Positions 53,155 to 62,487 of a stretch of DNA of 64,000 bases are shown here, piece after piece. The stretch comes from Alphaproteobacteria bacterium (GTDB lineage Bacteria; Pseudomonadota; Alphaproteobacteria; UBA828): NCBI GenBank assembly GCA_965221125.1, contig CBDCRW010000006.1, positions 256,001 to 320,000 of the forward strand. Direction: 5' to 3'. The notes beneath the pieces are model-generated. The model did not search any database. It saw only the letters and a list, made by a program, of their open reading frames with translations, and was not told the DNA's origin. The position numbers were made by a program, and so were the translations under genes. Positions within the stretch are counted from its first letter, which is position 1, and each line of letters begins with the position of its first letter.

Positions 53155-53927
53155 CTAGATACGCTGCCGTCAAAGGAACATTTGGACCCAACCAAACAAA
53201 TACGCTTTAGAATTCCCATCCTTCGTCATTATGAGAAGATCAGCCTCATAAAATCCGCATACCTGATGGTATTTTCGCTAATGGGTGCTGGCGGATATCA
53301 TTTCGCTGAGAATATAGCACTTGAACCAGTCAGAGAACAGATTATGAACCCTGACAAGCCTATTCTCAAGGGTACGTTCGTCGCCAATGGTGTTATGGAT
53401 GGAGTTTCTGAAACAAAGAAGAACCTAATCGCTCTGTACAAGGTACATCCATCTTGTTGGATGGTTCCGCTGTGGAACAACAACATAGTAATTTTGCCAT
53501 GCGGAGGTTCGGAACCAATAGACAAATTTAATGTTCCTAATGGATCATTTTCAATACCGACCGAAATGTTTTCCTTTTGGGTGTCATGCAGATTTAATTC
53601 TTCAGCGCCGATGGTCGGGCCAGTAATGGAAGAGTCTGACCATGAGGATTATTCACTTGTTGGCACTATCGACCTTTCTCCCTCTTCAAAGACGACAGGG
53701 GAGGAATGGCATTGGGTAATAGTTTATCACCACAATCACCGATACGTGGCGCTTCCTTGCCGTGCCGACGGAGTGGGACAGCGATCAGAATTTCTAGTAG
53801 CGGTAGAAATGCTGAACAAAAGCATAGTGGCAGGAAGTGGAATAGATAGGTCTACCCTTTCAAGTATAAATTACGAAGAGTTATCGAAAGAGATACCCAT
53901 CCATGTCATAGGGAAACAAGAGCCCGG

Positions 53928-54737
53928 CTAGGCCCGCGCCCGCATCTCGCGCCGTGCCTGGCGCGCGCCCATAACGCTCAGCACCAGGACGAGGGCGAAG
54001 GTCACGATGATGAGCAGCCCCATCAGCGCGAACAGCGTGGGCGTGAGGCCGATCTGCTTGAAGGTCGACCAGATGTAGGTCTGCACCGTGTTGTAGGGCC
54101 CTTGGACCATGGTGGTCCTGATGGTCTCGTTGAACGAGATGATCATCGAGAAGATCGCCGCGCCCACTACGCCGGGATAGATCAGCGGCAGCTCGACATC
54201 GAAGAAGGCGCGCCAGCGGTTGGCGCCGGTCATGTGCGCCGCCTCCAGCAGGACCGGGTCGAAGGTCGTCATCACCGTCAGCACGATGAGGAAGGCGAAG
54301 GGCAGCGCCCAGACCACGTGGATGACGACGATCGAGAACAGCGACGACGGGATGCCGAGCTCGCGGAAGAAGAAGGCGGTCGCGATGCCCATGCTGATGC
54401 CGGGCACGAAGAGCGGCAGCAGCATGAGGATGATGATGAGCCGGCGCACCTTCAGCTCGCGCACCGCCATCGCCGCCAGCAGCGCCAGCACCGGCGTCAC
54501 GAGGCCGACGATGACCGCGACGATCACCGAGGTCTCGAAGGAATTGACGAGGATGGGGTTGTCCCACATCTCGACGTACCAGCGCAGCGTGAACGCGGGC
54601 TCGTCGGTCACCTGGCCGAACTGGTAGCGCGCGGTGGCGGAGAGGATCAGCGGCGGCACCAGCGGCGCATAGAGGAAGACCAGCGCCACCATGGTGACGA
54701 CCCAGAAGACGGCGCGACTGACGCGGGATTCGCCCAT
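53928..54737 (-). CDS. PotC-like ABC permease
   Basis: FLYAPL, TLRWY, LLEAAHMTGA, SFNE. Confidence 0.9.
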   Translation of the reverse strand: MGESRVSRAVFWVVTMVALVFLYAPLVPPLILSATARYQFGQVTDEPAFTLRWYVEMWDNPILVNSFETSVIVAVIVGLVTPVLALLAAMAVRELKVRRLIIILMLLPLFVPGISMGIATAFFFRELGIPSSLFSIVVIHVVWALPFAFLIVLTVMTTFDPVLLEAAHMTGANRWRAFFDVELPLIYPGVVGAAIFSMIISFNETIRTTMVQGPYNTVQTYIWSTFKQIGLTPTLFALMGLLIIVTFALVLVLSVMGARQARREMRARA

Positions 54738-54738
54738 C

Positions 54739-55608
54739 TCAGGCGCCCCGCGTCAGGATCTTGCCGAGGAAGGAGCGCACGTCGAAGCCGAGATACCAGG
54801 CGAGGAGCAGCGCCGTCATCACCGCCACCACCACGCTCGACATCGCCGCCGCCAGCGGATAGTGCAGCACCTCCATCGCGCTCGCGATGGTGTTGCCCAT
54901 CAGCTCGTAGCCGGCGCCGCCGAGGATGAGCGAGACCGCGCTTTCGCCGAAGACGCCGACGAAGCCGAAGATCGCCGCCGCGAAGACGCCGGGGAGCGAG
55001 AGCGGCAGCGTCACGCGGATGAAGGTGAGGACCGGGTTCGCGCCCAGCATCCAGCTCGCCTCGATCTGGCGCCTGTCGATGCCCGCGAGCGAGAGCCAGA
55101 GCGGGAAGACCATGAACGGCATGTAGGCGGCGACGAGGCCGACGTAGACCGAGAAGTCGCTGAACAGCAGCCAGTCGACCGGGCCGTCGCTCAGGCCCAC
55201 GCCGATGATCGCGTCGTTGATCGGACCGTTGCGGCCGAGCAGGTAGGACCAGGCGAAGTTGCGGATGACGTAGTTGACGAGGAAGGGGATGGTGATGAGC
55301 AGGAGGACCACGCGCACCACGTGGCGGGACGCGCGAAAGGCGAGGAAGTAGGCGATCGGATACGCGATCACGAGGCCGATCGCGGTCGCCACCGGGGCCA
55401 CGACCAGGCTCCGCTCCAGCACGATGATGCGCACGCCCTCGAAGAAATCGAGGTAGTTGACGGGCGTGAGCGCGGGCTGCACCGTGAAGCCGACGCGCTG
55501 CCAGAAGCTGACGACGACGGTGATCGCCAGCGGGCCGATCACGAACACCAGGACGAACGCGATCGGCAGCGCCAGCAGCGCAAGCCGCGGAAGGGCCCTG
55601 AGAGGCAC
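54739..55608 (-). CDS. PotB-like ABC permease
   Basis: IAYPIAYF, NYVIRNFAW, YMPFMVFP, IEAS..LGA, PLSLPG. Confidence 0.9.
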   Translation of the reverse strand: MPLRALPRLALLALPIAFVLVFVIGPLAITVVVSFWQRVGFTVQPALTPVNYLDFFEGVRIIVLERSLVVAPVATAIGLVIAYPIAYFLAFRASRHVVRVVLLLITIPFLVNYVIRNFAWSYLLGRNGPINDAIIGVGLSDGPVDWLLFSDFSVYVGLVAAYMPFMVFPLWLSLAGIDRRQIEASWMLGANPVLTFIRVTLPLSLPGVFAAAIFGFVGVFGESAVSLILGGAGYELMGNTIASAMEVLHYPLAAAMSSVVVAVMTALLLAWYLGFDVRSFLGKILTRGA

Positions 55609-55715
55609 GGGTCTAGCGGCCTCTACGCCGGTCGCCGTGCGGCGGGACTAAGTCGGGGCGGACCCCCCGGGCGCCGCGACGGGCGCCCGGGGGAGCCGGA
55701 ACCTGCCGGCCCGGA

Positions 55716-56906
55716 CTAGGCCGCCTTGAAGCGGGCCCAGGCCGCCTCGTGCTCGATGTAGGAGGCCGGCCAGCGGTTGTGCCAGATGCCGCCGAACTCG
55801 AGCTTGCGCTTCACGTTGGCGTCGTTGGCGACGGCCGCCTCCGCCTCGCCTTCCGCAAAGGCGTCCGGATTGGCAGCGGCGAAGCCCGGCGCCTGCGAGT
55901 TCGTCATGTAGCCCCGCATGGCGCTGATTTTCGCCCCGTACCAGGGCCCCAGCATGAAGTCGAAAAGGTCGTAGACGGCCTGCGTGTGCTCCTCGGAGCG
56001 CGCCGGGTTGTTGGTGATGTAGCCCGACATCGCCCACAGCAGGTAGCCCTCCTTGGGCGTGGCGTAGATGCTGTTCGCGCCCTGCTTGTTGGCGACGATC
56101 ACCATCGGCTCCCAGCCGTCGAGCACGACGACCTCCTTGTTGAGCAGCAGGTTGACCGCCTGCTCGAAGCTCGTCCACAGCACCCGGAACTGGCCGGCCT
56201 TCTTCTTCTCGATGAGGTAGTCGACGACCGTGTTGATCTCGTCCTTGGTCATGTCCACGGGGTTGCCGATGTCCGCGATCCCCGCGTGCTTCATGTGGAT
56301 CGCCGTCTTGTAGCCGGCGGTGGTGTAGTTGTCCTCGAGCGCCACGTAGCCCGCGTACTGCGGATCGAACAGGGCGCCGAAGGAGTCGACCGAGCCCACG
56401 CCGCCGGTCTCGTCCGGCAGGTAGCAGATCGATTCGCCCTGCAGGATGGTCGGGATGCCGTAGACCTGCCCCTCGTGGGCGATGTGCGGCCAGCCGGGCG
56501 CATCCTCCACGAAGTACTGCGAGATGTACTCGTTCGCGCCCCAGTTCGGCATCCGGCTGGGATCGACCGGCAGGACCAGGCCGAGCTGGGCCAGTGGCTC
56601 CTGCACGCCGCCGACGATGTGCAGCGCGTCGTAGGTCGACGTGCCGCCGCCGCCGAGCAGGACGTTGATGATCGTCGCCGGCGCGTTGCCCACCGCGACC
56701 AGGTTCACGTCCCAGCCCGACTTGTCGCTGTAACGCGACCAGTCGCCGGCCGGATCGCCCACGCCGATATCCGCGAGTGTCACCGAGCCCGAGGCCGCGA
56801 GCGCTTTGGACCACGGCGTGCCGGCCAGCGAAAGGCCGATTGCGCCGAGACCGCCCAGGCCACCGGCCTTCAGAAGAGACCGCCGTGTGAGATCGAGCTT
56901 GCCCAT
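55716..56906 (-). CDS. PotD/PotF-like extracellular solute-binding protein with Tat signal
   Basis: TRRSLLK Tat motif, PKEGY; upstream of PotB/C-like permeases. Confidence 0.85.
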   Translation of the reverse strand: MGKLDLTRRSLLKAGGLGGLGAIGLSLAGTPWSKALAASGSVTLADIGVGDPAGDWSRYSDKSGWDVNLVAVGNAPATIINVLLGGGGTSTYDALHIVGGVQEPLAQLGLVLPVDPSRMPNWGANEYISQYFVEDAPGWPHIAHEGQVYGIPTILQGESICYLPDETGGVGSVDSFGALFDPQYAGYVALEDNYTTAGYKTAIHMKHAGIADIGNPVDMTKDEINTVVDYLIEKKKAGQFRVLWTSFEQAVNLLLNKEVVVLDGWEPMVIVANKQGANSIYATPKEGYLLWAMSGYITNNPARSEEHTQAVYDLFDFMLGPWYGAKISAMRGYMTNSQAPGFAAANPDAFAEGEAEAAVANDANVKRKLEFGGIWHNRWPASYIEHEAAWARFKAA

Positions 56907-57054
56907 GAATTACCTCCCATGTCCGACCGACGCGTGGAGGCGCCACCGGGCGCCCCGGCATCGTTGGCGGCCATGATAGGCCCCCGGACGAAGGGTGTCG
57001 ATTGCCCCGGGTAAGGACGCTGCCCGGTCTGGTCTGACGGGCCGGGTGTTGCCC

Positions 57055-57203
57055 CAGAGCGCGTCCGTCTTCGACGGACGCGCGACAGGCCGCGACCGCG
57101 GCCCGCCGCGAATGCGGCGCCCTCGCGGAGGCGCTGGCCGCAGGCCAGCTGCCGTGAGCGATAAAGAGTCAGAGCGTTTCAGTGCAGGACGGAAGCGCCC
57201 TAG
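57055..57203 (-). repeat. 149-bp intergenic multi-hairpin repeat, copy 2
   Basis: Reverse complement begins CTAGGGCGCTTCC and ends GACGGACGCGCTCTG, colinear with 21908..22056. Confidence 0.85.
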
Positions 57204-58864
57204 ATTTTACCCTCGACGGCAGCCTCGATCAGGTGCGGGGCGCCGGAGGCGAGCGCGTCCTGCACCGCCTGGGCGAGCGCGTCGGGCTCGGTGACGCGGG
57301 TGCCGGCGACGCCCATGCCGGCCGCCATCTCCACGAAACCGAGCGGCGGATCGACCAGGTCCATCTGCACGTAGGGGTGGTTGGTCTGCACGCCGAAACG
57401 CTTCCGGTAGATGTCGAGGTTGTGCTTGAGGATGCGGTACTCGGCGTTGGCGAGGATGACGAAGACGATGGGCAGCCGATGGCGCGCCGCGGTCCAGAGC
57501 GCCTGGATGCTGTACATGGCGGACCCGTCGCCCGAGAGGCAGACGACCGGGCGGTCCGGGTTCGCGAGCTTCACGCCGAGCGCGCCCGCGATGCCCTGGC
57601 CGATGCCGCCGCCGCGCCCGCAGAAATAGTCGCCGAAGCCGCCGAAGCCGAAGGCCTTGGGGATTTCCGGGCTGCCGGTGATGGCCTCTTCGACGATCAC
57701 CACGTCGTCCGGCACGGCTTTCGCCAGCGCCTCCAACATCACGGGCACCGGCATGGGCCGGCGGGCGGCGATGGCCTCGACGCGGGCCTGCCTGTCCGCC
57801 CGCTCCTTCTCGGCGAAGGCGGCGAAGACCCGGTTCCGCTCTTGCGCCCCGGCGGCGTAGGCGGCCGAGCGCTCCTCCTGCACCAGCGTCGTGACCGCCT
57901 CCAGCGCGGGCTTGAGGCCGGCGATCAGGCCCGCATCGAGCCCGTGGTTGCGCCCGAGCCGCTCCGCCGACTCCTCGATCTGCAGCACCGCAGCGCCGGG
58001 CGGGAACGGGCCCTCCGGCGCGTACCAGACCTCCTCGAAGAAGGGGCCGCCCACCATGAGCACGAGGTCGGCGCCGCCGAAGGCCTTCGCGATGTTGGCG
58101 GGATCGGACGGGATGCGCCCCCGGTAGTTGGGGTGCCGGTTGGGCACCGGCTGATGCTGGTGAATCAGCTCGGTCCAGATGCCGGCGCCCACGGTCTCCG
58201 CCAGCGCGACGAGAGCCTCGCCCGCACCCGCGCGCGCCACGTCGTCACCGATCATGATGGCGGGCTCCTGCGCGGCGAGCAGGTGCCCGGCGACGGCGGC
58301 CACGCCCTCGTCGTCCGGCGGCGGCGCGCGGTAGAGCGGGCCGGCGGTCAGTGCCCCAAACTCCGTCTGCTGCTCCATCACGTTGATGGGGAGCGCCACG
58401 AAGACCGGGCCGGACGGCGGATCGTGGGCGATCTTGAAGGCGCGGCGCATAACAGTGGCAATCTCGTCGGCGCTCTCGGCCTGCACGCTCCACTTCACCA
58501 CCGGCGCCGCCATGGCCACAAGGTCGTGGCCGAGGATGGGATCGCGCAGGCGCAGCCGCGTATCCTGCTGGCCGGCGGTGACCACCATGGGCGAGTTGGT
58601 CCTGAGCGCGCCGAAGATCATGCCGATGGCGTTGCCCAGGCCGGGTGCGACGTGCAGGTTGACCACGCCCGCGCGCCCGCAGGCCTGCGCGTAGTAGCTC
58701 GCGGCGCCGATGGCGACGCCCTCGTGCAGCGCGAGCACGTAGTCGATCGACGGGTAGCGGGCGAGGCTGTCGATCAGCGGGCTCTCGGTGGTGCCGGGGT
58801 TGCCGAACAGGTGCTGGACCCCGTGCGCCAGCAGGCTCTCCATGAAGACGTCGCGCCCGTACAT
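57200..58864 (-). CDS. ThDP-dependent enzyme, benzoylformate decarboxylase-like
   Basis: FGNPGTTE, LHE, NLHVAPGLGN, GDGSAMY...NAEY. Confidence 0.9.
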   Translation of the reverse strand: MYGRDVFMESLLAHGVQHLFGNPGTTESPLIDSLARYPSIDYVLALHEGVAIGAASYYAQACGRAGVVNLHVAPGLGNAIGMIFGALRTNSPMVVTAGQQDTRLRLRDPILGHDLVAMAAPVVKWSVQAESADEIATVMRRAFKIAHDPPSGPVFVALPINVMEQQTEFGALTAGPLYRAPPPDDEGVAAVAGHLLAAQEPAIMIGDDVARAGAGEALVALAETVGAGIWTELIHQHQPVPNRHPNYRGRIPSDPANIAKAFGGADLVLMVGGPFFEEVWYAPEGPFPPGAAVLQIEESAERLGRNHGLDAGLIAGLKPALEAVTTLVQEERSAAYAAGAQERNRVFAAFAEKERADRQARVEAIAARRPMPVPVMLEALAKAVPDDVVIVEEAITGSPEIPKAFGFGGFGDYFCGRGGGIGQGIAGALGVKLANPDRPVVCLSGDGSAMYSIQALWTAARHRLPIVFVILANAEYRILKHNLDIYRKRFGVQTNHPYVQMDLVDPPLGFVEMAAGMGVAGTRVTEPDALAQAVQDALASGAPHLIEAAVEGKI

Positions 58865-58912
58865 GTCTCGTCCCTGTCGCTGAATCGCTGCCGGTGGCGG
58901 CCCGGAGCCGGC

Positions 58913-60076
58913 CTAGCGGATCGGCTCCAGGATGGAGCAGTAGTTGGCGACCGAGACGCCGCCCATGTTGAAGATGCCGGCGAGGGTGGCATCCGGCAGC
59001 TGCATCCCGCCGGCGTTGCCGGTCACCTGCATGGCGCTCATCACGTGCATGGAGACGCCGGTGGCACCGATGGGGTGGCCCTTGGACTTGAGGCCGCCGG
59101 AGGGGTTGACCGGCAGCTTGCCGCCCACCTCGGTCCAGCCGTCGAGGATCGCCTCGGCGCCTTCGCCGCGCGGTGCCAGGCCCATGGCCTCGTACTCCAG
59201 CAGCTCGGCCATGGTGAAGCAGTCGTGGGTCTCGACGAAGTCGAGGTCGTCGAGCGTCACCCCCGCCTGGTCGAGCGCGCGGGCCCACGCCTCGCCGCAA
59301 CCCTCCATCAGCACCACGTCGCGCTTGCTCATGGGCAGGAAGTCGTTGACGTGGGTGGCGGCGCGGAAGATCACCGCCTTCGGCATGGCGAGCGCCGTCT
59401 CCACGTCGGTGAGCACGAGCGCCGCCGCGCCGTCGGAGACCGGCGAGCAGTCCGTGCGCTTGAGCGGCCCGGCGACCTGCGGGTTCTTCTCGGACGCGTT
59501 GCGGCAGAAGTCGTAGCCGAGATCCTTCTGGAAGTGCGCGAGCGGGTTCTTCGCGCCGTTCCGGTGGTTCTTGGCGGCGATGGCGGCGAGCGCGTCGGAC
59601 TTGTCGCCGTGGCGCTGGAAGTAGCTCTCCGCGATCAGGCCGAAGACCCCGGCGAAGCCGCCCTGGATGTGCGCTTCCTCCTTGACGTAGGAGGCCTTGA
59701 GCAGGTTCTCGGCCACCTGCTCGCGGCTCGCGCCGGTCATCTTCTCGACGCCGACGACGAGCACGAAGCGCGGGCGGCCGGAGCGGATCGCCGCCATGCC
59801 CTGGTGGATCGCCGCCGTGCCCGTGGCGCAGGCGTTCTCTACGTTGGTGGACGGCGTAAAGCGCATCGCCTCGTCCATCTGCAGCGGCAGCGACGAGGGG
59901 AAGGCCTGATCGCCGAGGCGCCCGGTGGAGCCCACGACGATCTCGTCCACGTCCGTCGGCGCGATGCCCGCATCGGCAAGCGCCGCCTGCGCCGCCTCCA
60001 GCGTCAACGCCTCCGTATCCGCGTCCGTGCGCTTGCCAAACGCCGTGTGGCCCCAACCGACGATGCAGACACTCAT
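58913..60076 (-). CDS. SCP-x type thiolase / acetyl-CoA acyltransferase
   Basis: From MSVCIVGWGHTAFG; VENACATG, ETHDCF, KGHPIGATG. Confidence 0.9.
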   Translation of the reverse strand: MSVCIVGWGHTAFGKRTDADTEALTLEAAQAALADAGIAPTDVDEIVVGSTGRLGDQAFPSSLPLQMDEAMRFTPSTNVENACATGTAAIHQGMAAIRSGRPRFVLVVGVEKMTGASREQVAENLLKASYVKEEAHIQGGFAGVFGLIAESYFQRHGDKSDALAAIAAKNHRNGAKNPLAHFQKDLGYDFCRNASEKNPQVAGPLKRTDCSPVSDGAAALVLTDVETALAMPKAVIFRAATHVNDFLPMSKRDVVLMEGCGEAWARALDQAGVTLDDLDFVETHDCFTMAELLEYEAMGLAPRGEGAEAILDGWTEVGGKLPVNPSGGLKSKGHPIGATGVSMHVMSAMQVTGNAGGMQLPDATLAGIFNMGGVSVANYCSILEPIR

Positions 60077-60316
60077 GCGACTTCCTCCCGCGCCGAAACC
60101 CATCGGCGGCGCATAGTGGCAGAAAGCGCGCCCGCCGGCACCCCGCGCATCTCCGCCTCTCGCGCGGAGTGGAGCGGAGGCGGCAAAGGCCCGGCCGCCG
60201 CGCCCGCCGCCATATAGCCATTGCCCGCGCACGGGGCACCCCTTACGCTTTCCCGGTGGACCTGCGCCATCGAGACGCAGTCGGACAACAAGCCACACAC
60301 CGGGAGGGACAAGAGC

Positions 60317-61279
60317 ATGAAGTTTTCGCGAATCGTTGCCGCGCTGGGTGCTGCGGCGTTGGTTGTCGGTGTCGCAGTCGGGCCGGACGAGGCACGAAGC
60401 GAGGACCAGTTCACCGTCGGGGTCACGGTCTGGGATGTCTCGACGACGCCGTTCGCGGTGCCGCTCGTGAAGGGCATGCGGGACGCCGCCGAGGCCGCCA
60501 ACGTCAACCTGATCGTGAGTGACCCCAAGTGGGATGCGTCGGTTCAGGTCGAGAACGTGCGCGAGTTCATCGTCCAGGGCGTCGATGCCATCGCCATCGC
60601 GCCGATCGACATTGCGGGCGTCCTCCCCGCCGTGCAGGAAGCGCTGGATGCCGGCATCCCGGTGGTGGGCGCGCTGGGCGAGATCGAGGGCGTTCCCTAC
60701 ATCGGCGTGGACGACGTGGAGTACGGCCGGCTCTCGGCCCGCCTGATGCTGGAGGCGCTGGCGACCGTCGAGGGCGAGAAGCGCATCGTCATGTTCCGCG
60801 GCACCGCAGGCGGCAGCCCGGACCGGCGCCGCATGCAGGGCATGACCGAGGTTCTGGAGGCCTCGGGCGTCGAGCACGACTGGGTCGACGTCACCGCCGA
60901 CTGGCTGCCCGACAAGGCGCTCACCGGCTTCCAGGACGTGCTCCAGCGCTTCCCGGTGGAAGGCAGCGTCACCCTGGTCAACAGCATGGGGAACTGCATG
61001 GTTCCGCCGTCGCTGGACTGGGCGCAGAGGCTGGGGCGGACCGAGATCATGTTCGTCGCCATCGACCTCTGCCAGGCCGAGGAGCAGGCCATCGGCGCCG
61101 GCAAGATGTACGGCGCCGTCTACCAGGATCCGCTGATCATGGGCGCGCTTGTGGTCGACAGCCTGGTCGCCATGCGCGCGGCCGGCGACTACAGCATGCT
61201 GCCGGACTTCGCCCAGGTTCCGCCGATCTTCAACTGCACGCAGGCCAACTACGCCGAGTGCGAGGGGCGTGGCTTCTAG
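60317..61279 (+). CDS. RbsB-like sugar ABC substrate-binding protein
   Basis: Signal peptide MKFSRIVAALG, GVDAIAIAP, AVYQDP; GGGAGG upstream. Confidence 0.87.
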   Translation: MKFSRIVAALGAAALVVGVAVGPDEARSEDQFTVGVTVWDVSTTPFAVPLVKGMRDAAEAANVNLIVSDPKWDASVQVENVREFIVQGVDAIAIAPIDIAGVLPAVQEALDAGIPVVGALGEIEGVPYIGVDDVEYGRLSARLMLEALATVEGEKRIVMFRGTAGGSPDRRRMQGMTEVLEASGVEHDWVDVTADWLPDKALTGFQDVLQRFPVEGSVTLVNSMGNCMVPPSLDWAQRLGRTEIMFVAIDLCQAEEQAIGAGKMYGAVYQDPLIMGALVVDSLVAMRAAGDYSMLPDFAQVPPIFNCTQANYAECEGRGF

Positions 61280-61423
61280 CGCCTCGTCCGAGCAACGAGT
61301 GACACGTTTGGGGGTGGTTGCGGGCCGGGTCGCTGCCCGGACCCCGCAGCCACTCCGCCCGGCCCGCCGTTTCGGCGGGCGACTCGCTGACAGCGGTCTT
61401 CACGCGATGTCCCGGAGCCGGCG

Positions 61424-62452
61424 GTGACGGATCCGCAGGAGAGCGGGGCGCCGGAGGCAGGCGCACGGGGCGTCGTGAACTGGAAGCCCGTGCTCGCCTT
61501 TCTCGGGCGCTACGGCTTCATGATGGCCCTGCTGCTGCCAGCGGTCATCTTGCTCGCCACCAACGAGACCTTCCGCAACCCGCTCAACCTCTCGAACATC
61601 CTGGCCCAGTCCTCGATGGTGGGCGTGGCCGCCGTCGGCATGACGGTGGTCATGATCCTGGGCGGCTTCGACCTCTCCATCGGCGCGATCGCCGCCGTGA
61701 CCGGGCTGGTCGCGGTGCTCGTGTTCGGCACCGGCGATCCCCTGTTCCTGACGCTGGGCTGCTTCGCCTGCGTCGGCGCCGGCGCGCTGCTCGGCGCCTT
61801 CAACGGCACGCTCATCAGCCGCATCGGCATCAACCCGCTGATCGCGACGCTCGCCATGGCGAGCCTCGTGCGCGGGCTCGTGCTGATATCGAGCGAAGGC
61901 ACGATCCATCGCGCCGAGGGCGATGCGATGTGGATCACCACGCTGGCGCTCGGCCGCGTCGGCGGCTTCCCCATCGCGGGGTTCTTCTTCATCGGCGCGG
62001 TCGTGATGGGCTCGATCCTCCTGCGCTACGCGAAGTTCGGGCGCTGGGTCTACGCCATCGGCGGCAACGAGGAGGCAGCCCGGCTCTCGGGCGTGCCGGT
62101 GAGCCGCGTCGTCATCATGTGCTATGCGCTGATGGGCGGCCTCGCCGGGGTCTCCGGGCTGCTGTTCACCGCGCGCACCGGCACCGCGCTCACCACCACG
62201 GGGATCGGGCTCGAGATCGACGCGATCACGGCCACCGTCATCGGCGGCACGCGGCTCGGCGGCGGCCACGGCGCCATTCTCGGCACGGTCGTGGGTGTCA
62301 TCCTGCTGGGAGTCATTCGCAACGGGCTCAACCTGAACGGAGTCTCGCCCTTCTGGCAGCCCTTCATCATCGGCTGCATCCTGCTGATCACGGTCTCGAT
62401 CAGCGTGTGGATGAACCGCACCGAGAACCGCTCCCGCGCCGGCGGGTTCTAG
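61424..62452 (+). CDS. RbsC-like ABC permease
   Basis: GGFDLSIG, IATLA, GRWVYAIGGNEEAARLSG, VIGGT.L.GG.G. Confidence 0.92.
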   Translation: MTDPQESGAPEAGARGVVNWKPVLAFLGRYGFMMALLLPAVILLATNETFRNPLNLSNILAQSSMVGVAAVGMTVVMILGGFDLSIGAIAAVTGLVAVLVFGTGDPLFLTLGCFACVGAGALLGAFNGTLISRIGINPLIATLAMASLVRGLVLISSEGTIHRAEGDAMWITTLALGRVGGFPIAGFFFIGAVVMGSILLRYAKFGRWVYAIGGNEEAARLSGVPVSRVVIMCYALMGGLAGVSGLLFTARTGTALTTTGIGLEIDAITATVIGGTRLGGGHGAILGTVVGVILLGVIRNGLNLNGVSPFWQPFIIGCILLITVSISVWMNRTENRSRAGGF

Positions 62453-62487
62453 GAGACGCACACGATGCACTTTTTCCGGGGCGCGCC

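Larger units (their letters stand above)
51148..53931 (+). pseudogene. HNH endonuclease gene (388 aa reconstituted) interrupted by IS1380
   Basis: CPIC...TLEHAPPESLNG...CLTCERCNN in 5' part; removing the IS plus one CTAG joins ...SIKL-D-TLPSKEHLDPTKQ... in frame; both halves AT-rich. Confidence 0.88.

Noticed and set aside
57182-60217. 1011-aa plus-strand ORF
   Set aside because: Antisense shadow of the ThDP enzyme and thiolase genes; no motifs, and typical of high-GC codon bias
61300-61385. Hairpins between the binding-protein and permease genes (also 55660-55695)
   Set aside because: Consistent with common mRNA-stabilising stems after binding-protein genes; no similarity to the 149-bp repeat
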